Positions 1 to 11,975 of a stretch of 64,000 bases of DNA are shown one piece after another (within the stretch, counting starts at the first letter, position 1; each line of letters opens with the position of its first letter). The notes below the pieces were generated by a model. It saw nothing but the letters and a program-made list of their open reading frames with translations. It did no database searches and was not told the origin of the DNA. The position numbers and the translations under genes were made by a program. The stretch is from Octopus vulgaris. Its lineage: Eukaryota. The stretch spans positions 140,740,001 to 140,804,000 of the forward strand of contig OX597816.1 of the NCBI GenBank assembly GCA_951406725.2, written 5' to 3'.

Positions 1-507
1 GGATTCAAGCCTCTTCTCTTTATCTCCTCAAAGACATACAGCATCTCGAAAGAGTCCAGAAGCTGGCTACCCGCATGGTTCATGGTCTCAAAAATTTGTC
101 CTACGAAGAAAGGCTGAGGACGCTCGACCTTTATTCTCTTGAAAAACGCCGCCGCCGTGGTGATCTCATTCTCGCCCACAACATCATAAGCGAAAAGTGT
201 AACCTCTCGAAAGAGCTGTTCTTCACTCCTGCTCCAGAGCGTCGGCTGCGGGGTCATTCCGAAAAGCTCTACCTGCGACGATTTCATCTCAATCGAAGGA
301 GAGGAGCTTTCTCCGTCCGGGTTGCGGATCCGTGGAACAAGCTGCCAGACGAGATGGTGAAGATGCCGACGACCGCTTTGTTCAAAGCCTCCTGGACCTC
401 AAGTGGCCTGAACTCTTTACATGAACACCACCCTGTACTTAACTCCATGTCCCCCTACATGGCCTTGCTATTTGCTTTTGAGCCAAATTAACTAACTAAC
501 TAACTAA
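1..507 (+). mobile_element. 3' end of a CR1/L2-clade LINE (ORF2 C-terminus) with a (CTAA)n tail
   Basis: ORF 75..491 has LSYEERLRTLDLYSLEKRRRRGDLI...RGHSEKL...FSVRVADPWNKLP, typical of a CR1-group ORF2 C-terminus. The element ends in ttaactaactaactaactaa. Confidence 0.85.
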
Positions 508-902
508 ATATTGTTGTGCCTGCATTGAAGGGTTTATCTTTAAATATCTATGAATAACATGTCAAAGAGACCCAATCTTGGCAGAATGCATACTTTTTCA
601 GTATATACACTACAGGTGGATATTATACAAAATACATGGGTTGAAGTGAATTGAAATGGCTTGATCACAGATTGAACCTTGTATTGCAGATTTTACTCAC
701 TTGAAGTTTACCATTTATTTATGATGCTTGCAGCACATAGATATGACATAAGAATGAGCCTTCATCATTATCATTTAACATCAGTTGACCATGCTGGCAA
801 GGACTGAAGTATTAATAAAAATAAATAAAATGAAAATGTAGCAAGTGTCCATTGAGAATTGAATTTTTGACCTGTGATTAATGGTCAAGTACATTGACCA
901 AT

Positions 903-974
903 GCTTTTCATTAAATCATTCTGTATACTATTCTGGTACTGTGTCACCTGAAATTAGATAAGAAGTTCTAGAGA
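903..974 (-). pseudogene. Diverged ~72-bp copy of the galactosyltransferase coding segment 1348-1419
   Basis: gcttttcattaaatcattctgtatactattctggtactgtgtcacctgaaattagataag aligns without gaps to gctttccattaaatgattctgcatataattctggtactatgtcacctgaaattagataag. Confidence 0.8.
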
Positions 975-1141
975 ATCCTCAGCATATTAATACCACTTGT
1001 TTTAATAACCATCACCTTAGAAGAATAAAAGATGTCAACTATGGCAGGATTTGAACTCAGAATATGGGGTAAGGATATTCAAGAATGCAGGGCACTTAGT
1101 TCATTTCAGCAAGCTTCAACTGCTATTTTTAAAAGAGAAAA

Positions 1142-2091
1142 TTAATGGCAAACAAGATTTACGTCTTTTAATTGTTTATAAATAATTTTCATTTTTCTTG
1201 GCACCACATGATGTCCACTTATTATGTTTTTGTAGGCACAGCCAGTGTGTTGTCGGTTATGGATTGTAAACATGTTACTGTTTATTCTTGTTGCATTCAC
1301 TCGGTTTGCAAGCATCCCTGTTATATAAACATCTTCAAGCCAGAAGCGCTTTCCATTAAATGATTCTGCATATAATTCTGGTACTATGTCACCTGAAATT
1401 AGATAAGCAGTCCCAGACATATAATCAGGAAACTCATTCTTTTGATATTTTGACATGGGTGTGTACCATTTTGATGAACTATCTCTGATTGGTACAACAT
1501 GTTGAAAAAGTAAACCCATGATAAACCGAGAACGTTTCATGGTCATAAGTGTTTTCTCTAACAATGGAAGATTTATATACATATCATCATCTGTTTTCAA
1601 CACAAATTTTACTTTACTACATGAAGAACTCACCCAACGCAGATAAGCAATTGACTTTAAAGACAAGTTTCCATAATGATCAATATAGTTCTCTTGTACA
1701 ATATCACCATATTTTACACTTTCTTCATGAATATCATCTTGAACACCAGGACTATGTGTAACACCTTCAAAAAAAACCATCTTAAAGTTTGAATTGTTCC
1801 TAGCATATTGACCCCAAGTCTCTCGTATGGTATTTCGACGCAGTATATTTATTGGGGCTGAACACACAGCAACAAGGATCTGAACGGAGTCAGAACAATT
1901 ATTTGTCAAATGAATATATGAGAAATGATATGATTGTTGGTTTATGATGAAACCATTTGAAAATGGAAGAAATCGTAACCTCCCTGAAAGTATATTCATG
2001 TAGGTTTCTGGATAGATTTGGTACATGAGAATAATGTACACAAAAACGGCTATAATAAATATTGTCATCCATATGAGAATCTTCTTTTTAC
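1142..2091 (-). CDS. Beta-1,3-galactosyltransferase (GT31, B3GALT1/2/5-like), main coding exon
   Basis: Type II N-terminal TM segment and GT31 motifs RRNTIRETWG, EESVKYGDIVQ..DHYGNLSLKS, LKTDDDMYIN (DxD), FPDYMSGTAYLIS and EDVYITG. Stop TAA at 1142-1144. A polypyrimidine tract plus CAG acceptor at 2094-2092 opens the frame GT AAA AAG AAG ATT CTC ATA TGG ATG (phase 1). Confidence 0.93.
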
Positions 2092-2134
2092 CTGGAAATA
2101 ATAAGAAATAAACATTTCATTAATATATATATAT

Positions 2135-2500
2135 ATATTATTTTATTAAAGCCAAAAATTCTTCACCAAATTTTTATTCAGAGTTTCTTGACTGCTCATT
2201 AGACAGTTATAATACAGACTGGTATGTATTATCACAACTGTCTGAGAAACAGTCACAGGAATCTCTAAGTAACTGTTTGTGAAATTTTTTTGGCTTTAGC
2301 AAAATAGTATTTTACTCTACTTTTGGTATTTTAGTTCTATTTTTTCTACCTTGTTTTGCATTTATGTACTTACTTGTGTGTGTGTGTGTGCATGCATACA
2401 TATATATTATATCATATTATAATAATATTATTATATCTGCAAGTAGTATTATTATCAAAGTAAGAGTACTCAATACCTACTGTAGAGTAAATATTTCTTT
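2135..2500. repeat. Palindromic PLE-like short repeat with two degenerate hammerhead-like motifs
   Basis: Imperfect inverted arms at ~2136-2215 and ~2226-2311. The minus arm reads aactgt-ctaatga-gcagtcaa-gaaa-ctctgaa-ta. Related to 20890-21125. Confidence 0.55.
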
Positions 2501-2923
2501 TAACATTTGAAATATTCCTTTATGAAGAGAACATCAGAGGATTACTTTATATGGTTGAAACTTTATGGTAATACAACAGTTACCTCCACCTCACAACAGC
2601 AAAAACCTGTTCAAGGGGGAAATTACTCTGAAGGAAAAGTGATAGTGTAGAAATAGATTCTCTAAACCTCCTGCAGACAACTTCTCTAATCCCTGTAGCA
2701 TAATAAAATGCACTGAATCAGCACTGTATAATGGTTAATACCTGAAAGAGTATCTGACTATAAAGCCCATGTAAAAAAAACAAGCACAACATATTCAACA
2801 GCAGAGTTGGCCAGTTTTCTCTGTTGCTGTACATGCTAGATGACAAAAGTCTGTGATGAGAAACATCGCCACCACCACCATGATAAAACTGGCATAATGA
2901 TGATTTCTTATACACATATATAT

Positions 2924-4110
2924 GTTAGGTTGTTTCTCATGAAATGTCGCATTTTTAATTACTTGTTATTTAAAAACTCAATTATGTATATCTTGCATTT
3001 AATCTTGACATTTTTTCTTTCCCAACAATATTGGTATACAAAATTCGTACCTATAGACCTTATGAAAATGATAAGAACCAAACTATGCTGAGTGATTATC
3101 TTGTATGAGTACAAAGTGGATCACTTTGCCGCAGAAGCTCTACAGAATATCAAGCGTGCCTTTAGTAATGGTTTTGTTGACATCAGAAATGTTCAAAGAT
3201 GGGTCCAAAGCTCTCATTCAGGAGATGATAGCCTTAAAAATAAACCAAGGGGTAGGACAAAATCAGTTATTCAGCGTGATGGATCACATGCTTTGGTTGA
3301 ACAAAATCCAAGAGCAAAGGTTTGAAAACTTTCATCAGAATTCCAAACATTTTGCACAACTGTCTTTGGACACCTGTAAAAATTTGGAAAAGTCAAGAAA
3401 ACAGATTGGTTTGTTCCACATCAACTGAACGTGATTCAGAAAAACACACCTTGAAGTGTGCTCCTTATTGCTTTCCCGACTGGAAAAAGACCATTTTTGC
3501 ATCAAATCATTACTTGTGATGAGAAATGGATACTCTTTGACAACAGCAGGAGAACAGGACAGTGATTAGATGCAGGAGAGTCACCTAAACACTGCCCAAA
3601 CCCACCATTGCTCCCTAAAAAGCTAGTGGTCACTGTATGGTAGTCTGTGAAGGGAGTTATTTATTATCCATTTTTGCGACAAGGAAAAACAGTAACAGCA
3701 ACATCGTATTGCCAGGAAATTGATTATATGTGCGAGAATTTGAAAAAGAAGCAACCCAGACTAGTAAACAGAGATGGCCCAATTTTGCTCCACAACATTG
3801 CACATCCTCACACTCCTCAAGCTATGGTCCAAAAGTTGCAAAGCCTGAATTATGAGATTTTGCAGAATCCTTCCTATTCCCCTGATAATTCTCCTACAGA
3901 TCATCACTTATTTAAGCATTTGGAGCTTTTCGTAAACAATAAAACAGTCTTAAATATAGAAGAGGTAATTGAAGCATTTGGACAGTTTAACACAGTAAAA
4001 AATGAATTTTTTTTTTTAAAGATGGAATATATAACAGAGAAACATTGGGTAAACATCATAAATAAACATGGATCATAGTTTGATTAAATAAATCAGTTCT
4101 CTAACACTTC
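2924..4110 (+). mobile_element. Degenerate mariner (DD34D) transposon
   Basis: Frameshifted transposase pieces: HTH (VQRW...SLKNKPRGR), IITCDEKWILFDN, GPILLHNIAHPH and SYSPDNSPTDHHLFKHL. Left end ttaggttg... at ~2925; no clear right TIR. Confidence 0.85.
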
Positions 4111-4126
4111 TGAAACATATATATAT

Positions 4127-4990
4127 ATCATCATCATCATTTAACATCTTTTTTTTTTTCCATGCTGACAGTTTGACAAGAACAGATGAGGAAAAAGGCT
4201 TCATCAGGTTCTATGCTTGCTTTGCATTGGTTTCAACAACTAGATGCCCTTCTTAACACTTAACCAAATGTACTGGGTGCTTTTAATGTAGCATGAGCAC
4301 TGGTGAGGTCACCAGGTACCCAAGCAGGTGTCTTACTAAAGAGGTGAATACATGGCTTGCCCACCTGTAAAGTGAGAGAGATGTGAGGTTCAGGTACATG
4401 ACAATGAGACAATAAGCTAGAAGAAGGGAAAAAGTAGATGTGCTGATAAGTCCATTGAGTGAATATAGTGTGACAGATAATTAGAGGTAAGCAATTAGTT
4501 AGATGCAGAGGATATCAGTTCAGTGCATGAGGAAGTAAAGAAGATAGGGTGACATAGAAGACTGATGGAAGAGTGATCGTCAGATAATGAGTTGTGGGGA
4601 AAGGCTTGATTCTGTTGAGATAGATTGGTCTTCTCAAGCACAATGCCATTCATCTCAATCACTCATCTCTTCTGAGAGGTTGAACATCTTGAGGTTGGTC
4701 TTCACCACTTCATGCCATGTCTTCCTAGGTCTACTACTATCACATGTTCCTTCCATATTTACTGACCATACGAGAAGTCTTCTCTCCAACAAACTACGTC
4801 TCATGTCTCTTATACCCATTTTTTCTCTAAGCATGCACTTTGTAATGCATACACATTAACATTGCACATCCATCAAAGCATACTTGTTTCATTTCTTTCA
4901 AAACTTCCCATGTCCTCTGCATTTACAGCCAAAGTTTCACAGCCATGTATCATTGCTATTCATATGCAAGCACAATACAATTTGCTTTTC
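4127..4990 (-). mobile_element. Degraded RTE LINE 3' fragments with a (GAT)n tail
   Basis: (cat)n tail with ccatgct.../gatgcccttc 3'UTR motifs, and an ORF2 C-terminal remnant (gtcttcctaggtctac reads RPRKT on minus). Similar to 47930-49888. Confidence 0.6.
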
Positions 4991-5374
4991 ATTCTAAAAG
5001 AGAGGCCTTCTGTTACCAACAGATGTAAAAGTTCTCTGAACTTTCTCCAACATGGCAGGAGTACACGGTCAGGGTTACGGAGCTCTCTCCTAAGCATTAT
5101 GAAAAATGCTTAGGAGAGAATCATCAACATTGATTGATGGGCTTAAGGATACCACAGTCAAACTACTTATTATACACCCTGTCAGGTTGCAGACATGGTT
5201 GCATTCGTTGGCTCTGCCGAAGAGGTTTTCTGTACTGTCACACACACCCGGGGACAATTCGATTATGGGGCGTATGATCATAGATAGCAAGTAGGAGAAT
5301 CTGTAGTTGCTAGCAATGTTAGCTCCGCAAACCCTGTATGAGACATTGTATGAAAGTTCAGAATGGCGTTCATA

Positions 5375-5539
5375 GGCATAGGAGTGGCTGTGTGGTAAGT
5401 AGCTTGCTTACCAACCACATGGTTCCGGGTTCAGTCCCACTGCGTGGCACCTTGGACAAGTGTCCTCTACTATAGCCTTGGGCTGACCAAAGCCTTGTGA
5501 GTGGATTTGGTAGACGGAAACTGAAAGAAGCCCATCGTA

Positions 5540-5590
<51 letters not shown>

Positions 5591-5800
5591 ATATGTTTGT
5601 GTGTCTGTGTTTGTCTCCCCAACATTGCTTGACAACCGATGCTGGTGTGTTAACGTCCCCGTAACTTAGCGGTTCGGCAAAAGAGATCGATAGAATAAGT
5701 ACTAGGCTTACAAAGAATAAGTCCTGGGATCGATTTGCTCAACTACAGGCGGTGCTCCAGCATGGCCACAGTCACATGACTGAAACAAGTAAAAGAGTAA
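5375..5800 (+). mobile_element. tRNA-derived SINE family A (CORE-like centre, internal TA/TG microsatellite), near-complete copy
   Basis: A box tggctgtgtgg, B box ggttcagtccc, then accttggacaagtgtc, internal (TA)n(TG)n and a 3' tail ggcggtgctccagcatggccacagtcacatgactgaaacaagtaaaa. Multiple copies in the window. Confidence 0.85.
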
Positions 5801-7161
5801 TGGGTTTGTCCAAGAACCTGGAGTTATCTGTGTAAATGCCCCAAATCGTCTGACAAGCGGTGAGGCATGTGAATCAGTCACCCGCCTTCAACACTCTATG
5901 ATGAGCCAAAGTGCAAAACTGTTTTTACAGGGGACAAGAGATTAAATTTTAGAACATTCTAGAAAGCCGTATCATGCCACAGCTTCACGCTGATTGGTCA
6001 ATTCATAGATCAATCATGTGAAACTGGTGATCCACTCGTGGTGTCTAACCAAGTATCTAGTGGTCTGGGTTCGAATCCCTGCCACACCTATACGTACATA
6101 CATACATACATACATACATCGTAAAACAAAGCCACCAAAAGAGAAAGAATCGCACACCGTTTTGTCCCAAACGCAAATATGCAGATTTTGCATGCACTAC
6201 TCCAAACGACCAGCACAGTCCACATGTAGTGCAAACGGCAGCAGCTGAGCAAGAATCTTTTTTATGCATAGGGCAAAAGATCGTGCATCAACTGATCTAG
6301 TTATATCAAATTAAGAAATTCAAAGTTATGTACAGCAATATAAGAAAGCAATACGATCGACACATCTTGGATGGTCACCATTGATACCGGCTCAGTTGTC
6401 ACACCAGTACTCTTATTAAATATTAGAGACCTATTACAACCCAGTAACAGAAGCTAAATTACCTTCGTGAGATACATCGTCGCCTGCAGTCAAGCTCTTT
6501 GCATAGCTCTCACTGAAACGCATCTAAGACACGAAATAGCAGCTTCAGAACTATAAAACTATGTTGTATTACAAACTGAGACAAAGGAAAGGAGTCACAG
6601 TGGAGTTGCAATGTATATCAGGGAAACCTGATGCTTCAAACCCTTGTAGTGGATCTTGCAAACCCTTCAAACCCTTGTAGTGGATTCGATCCACCACAGC
6701 CAAATTTAAATTAACACTGCAACAGAACTTTTCCCACGGTGGAACAATGGTTTTTCTCTGACAGCAGTTTTACATTTTCCAGATGCCTTTAGCTAGGCTG
6801 AAATAATGTCTTCACCACTTGACCCTTTCTAACCTCTTCTACTTCACCAAAAGCTAGAATAGAGATAACAAGAACACCAACTAAATCTATTGTTCTCAAT
6901 GATATATCTATCCTTCTGGATAGTTATAAAAGCAAGAACACCCCAAGCAAAAATCAATCGGTGACGATTCAACGAGTCCAGTCAGCCGGTGACGACTCAA
7001 CCAGTTAGTCACTCCGGTGACAACGAAGTCTGGTTGACCAGCTAGAACCTTGGTCTGAGGGAGAAGTGAAGTTTACTGTCAGTAACTGTGAGACAACACC
7101 CTACAACTCTCACTAGCTCTAATTCTATTCTCTTACAACATCATTCTATCTCTCTCCGAAA

Positions 7162-8275
7162 TCTCTATATCTATAAACGGCAAAATGTTTGTGTATCTGT
7201 GTGTCCTTTATACAAATCCACAGTTTTTCACGTAAAAGGCTCACATTTTCTATGGGCTTTCAAAAATGTCTGAGGGTGGTCGTGAAGATCTTTTCATTTC
7301 CCCAGTCATCCCAGAAAGCCATTAAAAAATTGATAAACCGACCCCTTATGCCCATAAGTTATGGGCATATCCATTCAAAATCGCTAAAACATAGAAATTT
7401 GTACGCGGTGTGTGCGTCCAGCTAGATATGCCAATAGACAGCCAGCTGTTTTTTGATTGGACAGAGATAATTTTACTCTTGACAGTTGAATGCGCGTGCG
7501 CATTTGCAGACAGTCTGTATGACTCAGCTCATTTTTGTGTCTTGCGAAGACGCGTTATCACATGTTTTAGCTTTCAAACCTGCACGCTTTTTCGATTTGA
7601 GAAATGCAGGGAATAATTAACGAGTTGGGATCCCCAAAGCTACATTCCTCAATGGTCCTTAATCCAATGCAGTCGTCCTCCTCCGAAACAAACCCGCCAT
7701 GCACATCTCCACAGCCATGTCATTTAGAACCCCTAGGATGTGTTAGTGATAGATCGGGATTAGAAGCTGCCTATTAGAGGCTCCCTAGCCCTCTTCCGTA
7801 AGGTTAGTCTAGGTTTTAGTTGAAGGCTTAGTTGTGTTCCGAACCTAACCTCCTCCGTTTCAGTGGATCGGGAGCCCAATTAGCCTTCCAACGAAAAGGC
7901 ATACCTATTATTTATACCTTAGTTAACCTTGATGTCTTTAGTGCGTCATGAACTATTTACTTTACTGCGTTACTTGCTTCAAAGCGTGATACTCATAAAA
8001 TCACTTTGAATGCTGTTTTTTGTGCTCTAATTGCTCTGCCTTTTCGCCGGAATCAGCACTTTTCTTCCCACCATTGCTATTCACTCATAGGACGAGGGGG
8101 TTAAGTGAGGGGTGTGTCAAAAGGGCTGACATGTGCAACTTCATCATCTCTGCCAGTCAAACTCCCAACCTATGCGTTTCTGTAGCGAGACTGATTGCGC
8201 AGAACTGGGTTGGGTTTGTAAAACCAAAACTCAACAAACGAGATTTATGTGTATTTTCAAAATCATGCGCATGCT
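7162..8275 (+). mobile_element. Possible Helitron-like non-autonomous element, 5' portion
   Basis: Starts A|TCTCTATATCTATAAACGGCAAAATG, resembling Helitron 5' TC ends, and is CpG-richer than its flanks. No CTRR/hairpin 3' end identified. Confidence 0.3.
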
Positions 8276-8404
8276 TGATTAGATGCAGGAGAGTCACCTT
8301 AACACTGCCCAAACCCACCATTGCTCCCTAAAAAGCTAGTGGTCACTGTATAGTAGTCTGTGAAGGGAGTTATTTATTACTCATTTTTGCAACAAGGAAA
8401 AACA
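8276..8404 (+). repeat. Near-identical copy of mariner segment 3563-3691
   Basis: tgattagatgcaggagagtcacc...tttttgc(g/a)acaaggaaaaaca is colinear with few substitutions. Confidence 0.85.
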
Positions 8405-9447
8405 TATATACGACCGTACGTAAGGAGTTGATGACAAATGTCTCCTTTTTGTACACCGCACGGTCGTCCCTAACAAAATATAAGCCAAATACATAATATA
8501 GAATACAGTGCCAAAAGGAATAAATGAGGACAACAAACCGTTCTACTGTTTGAAAGAAGAGATTTTATTTACACAGTGTACAAAGTGAAAGTGTTGTGAG
8601 TGCTAGCGTAGTGTTGTGTATGAATGCGTGCGCATAGTATTTGCGTCTGTGTGTTCGTGTGTGCGACAGATACAAATAAGGTGAATGCGTATAACAGAAA
8701 TACAGAATACAGAGCATAAGATAAGTTCTCAGCATATTGAGTTAAGATGGAATTAGTTTACCAGTTCATGAGGTACACAATAGTAAGTTCTATAACAAGA
8801 TGTTGCCGGTCAGTTGGCAGAGGCCGGTTACTACACGTGTAGAAGTTGTGGCCTCAATGCCATGCACGAGTCTCTTGATATAGATAGTTCTTTCAGGTAG
8901 ACTGACTGTTTCTTCTCGGTGAAAGATTTACGCAAACAGCGTGGAGTTAAACCTGTGCGAATGTTGATGTGTACATGTTGTTGTCGACGGAGATGAAGAC
9001 GATGTAAAGTTGAAGTACGACGATGATGATGATGGCGGCGGAGATGGAGAACGTCCTGTCGGTCGCTGGGGTATAATAGTGTCTTCATGACTGGAGCAGT
9101 AGCATGGTTGGCTAGCTGGTCGTCTGTCGCTGGAACTGGAACATAGCTGAGTAGCTCTGTGGTCAGTGACTAGACCTTAAAAGGTCTAAAGTCGAAAGAT
9201 GTAGAATAGTGAAAGCTGGCTAATTTACAGGGTTAAAATAGCTAAAACGAAGCAGGCCTTATCCGAAGGCCGTGATTGGTTGGCTTTACACACTGGCGCG
9301 AAATAAGTAGAGAGACAAACTGCGCTAGATGCCAACCAATCAGATCAGTGGACACAACAGGGTCAAACTAGCCAAAGGTGGTTGTAATCTCAAACGAGAT
9401 CATTCCTAACGTGTCTCTCAAACGGTGAGGATATCAGATACGCTACA
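8405..9447 (-). mobile_element. Probable solo LTR
   Basis: Minus strand begins TGTAGCG. Contains CCAAT boxes (9275-9340), AATAAA near the far end (8565-8570) and CpG-rich composition unlike the flanks. The 3' CA end and TSD are not clean. Confidence 0.4.
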
Positions 9448-9719
9448 CTATTTTGCGGCCAAATTCGAGTTTTTCGCTTTTTTCTGCCTCCTTTTTTGTC
9501 CGACTATTGGCATGTGCACAGTCCCGCTAATTTTCCATGATTATGCCGTTCCAGGTGTGAAAACCGAAGTCCAATGAATATTAATTACTCTCATAAAAAG
9601 CTCCAACTAGCTCATAAACAACAAAACTGGCCCGGGCTGAAATGTGATAATGCAGAGAACACAAACATCACTTCGCATGCTTTTGGATTTATCATAACCT
9701 GCTCGTCGAGGCAAGGTAT

Positions 9720-9886
9720 TGTAACGTACGGTAAATAAATATTCCCTTAAAAACTTCATGCATTGTTCATCTTTCACATCTCACAACTTGCCGTTATAAC
9801 AACAAATTTTTATCGTTACAACTGCTGACTCCGACATTTCATATTATTATGTACTTAATCAACCCTAACCGTTACAATTGGCGACC
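9720..9886 (+). mobile_element. Short LTR plus primer-binding site of an LTR retrotransposon (Gypsy-like remnant)
   Basis: TGTAACG (9720) ... CGTTACA (9876) inverted termini, followed after 2 nt by TGGCGACC (PBS-type). Confidence 0.65.
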
Positions 9887-10399
9887 CTCGACTTCAACTA
9901 AAACTTTATCGACTCACCCTGTTGTCATACTTAAGCTCAATATGTAATACTAATTGTACATATAAAACAACTTGAGATAGTTGTATGTACAAGTTTGAAA
10001 ACTGCCTCACAAAAATAGAAGTTCTCGCCAAATTTGAACAACACATCGGTGTACTTCTTATGAGAGACTTCACCTTGCACAACATGGGATGACCCAAGTG
10101 CCTTTCTCTCTCAGGAATGATGCTGTGCAAATAAGAACAAGTGGAGTCCTTGCTCAACCTCACCAATAAATTATTCCAGGAGCAAGCAGTGCCCCAACCA
10201 ACCAGGGCAAACAGTTCACTGGATCTCAGCTTCCCCCAAAAAATACAGATCTCATCCATCATGTAAAAATGATACCAACGCTAGTCTCGGGTTACAACGT
10301 AGGGGAGCTGGTCATATATCGATCAAAGGAAACCGAAGACACCAGCTTGCGTGTCTAAACACCCAAAATCTATCCTGTCTGAACTTCCATAAAGCAAAA

Positions 10400-11035
10400 A
10401 GAGATCTGTCTCTCCATACCAGAGATCAACATGAAACTTAAATAATTCATTTCTGTAATGCAAGTCATATGCCACAAATTTGATCCTGAGAGAAAAGCCA
10501 CAGTACAGAAAAACAACATTCCCTGAGAGAGGAAAGTTCTTATGAGACGACGTACAAAGATTGCAAACCGCCTAAATAAACAATTTAAGCGTCACTAGAA
10601 AGTGAGAAAAACCTGTAACACCCCCATGAAAAAGAGCGAGTATACAGAGAAGTGTGGGTAATAGGAAATATAAAATTAATCCCTAAAAGCTTCTTTAAAT
10701 TTGCCAAAGGAACAGCTTCAGTACATTGAAGGGTAATGATGCTTTCCTAGAAAGACGGTTCCCTCAGAGCAAACCCAATGAGTTTAAGTGAAACACTGAA
10801 TGAACAATTCAAGTGTTTCGTCTCCCTAGGATACATGCAAGTAAACAAACCGGCAGAGTTCTTTGCAATACGGATGTAAAAAGGCATAGTCGGAAAAACT
10901 AGGAGAATGGCTGCAGATTCTCTAAAAGAAGTCGGGCAGTAGTAACCAACCCATCAGGGCTACTTAAATGGAAACAGACACAGTGAGTGGTGTTCCACAG
11001 GGCACTGTCTTGGGACTGTTGTTCTTCATAATGAC
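10400..11035 (+). mobile_element. Highly degraded CR1/L2-like LINE ORF2 fragment
   Basis: agtggtgttccacagggcactgtcttgggactgttgttcttcata reads SGVPQGTVLGLLFFI (RT motif). Upstream PKSFFKFAK-like remnant. Confidence 0.6.
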
Positions 11036-11931
11036 CTATGTGAATCATAATGCATTGTTTCATATGTATATTACAAACCGAATAACAATATGCAGACGAC
11101 TAGTGAGATGGATTCTTTGACCATTCAGAACGAGAAAATAAGAAACTATATTGGTCCTATACAGGACATTTATTCTCAGCTGTCCACACTTTTATTCTCA
11201 ACTATAGTCGTCATCGACTTATATATGCTAGAATGAATATGATGTTTTGTAGACTTGGCAATCTGTCGTCATTTGAACAATGAAGATGGAGGAGCAATAT
11301 TTCTGTGAAATTCCGTTTTAAACTTATACGAGATGTTTCTAATGTTACAACAGACCCATGTGGGGAGGATTGTTTGGGCAGTTTGCAATCCAGCCGGTGA
11401 TACCAGCATTTTAAATTGGGTGGGGGATATCCACCAAAAATGATCCCAAATATGGATGACCTTCCATGACAACAAACGGTGGTAACTTTGCACAAGTACA
11501 TGCTTGTGATAGTAAAAATCAGCACCTGATTATTTGTGAATTTTCCAAAGACCTAAGAATTCATGCTACATGATTTAAAAAGAAAAAAAACTGAAGATAC
11601 ATTGTGTTGTCAAAAAATTCTGCTGACAACTGAACAAATGGTCTGTCAGGAGCCGTTTGATTGTTTCAAATACCACTGAAAACATTCTGAAAAGTGGCGT
11701 AACAGAATAATAGATGATGAAATGTACGTACAGCGACGATATATTGAAATAAAAGAAAAACAGTCGTTGCACAGCGTTAAGATGACCATTACCACGACCA
11801 AAAAATTGAAAAACCAAAAAAAAAAAAGAAATGGGAGAAAAGAAGAAAAGCCCATCCGAGTCTCTGAAATGTGTATGTTAGTGTAACGAAGAGGTCCGAA
11901 ATCTGACGATGATGGAGTCATCGGACATAAC

Positions 11932-11975
<44 letters not shown>

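Noticed and set aside
5830-7100. Possible Gypsy gag/PPT remnants
   Set aside because: Only compositional hints and a purine run at ~7058; no recognisable domain motif.
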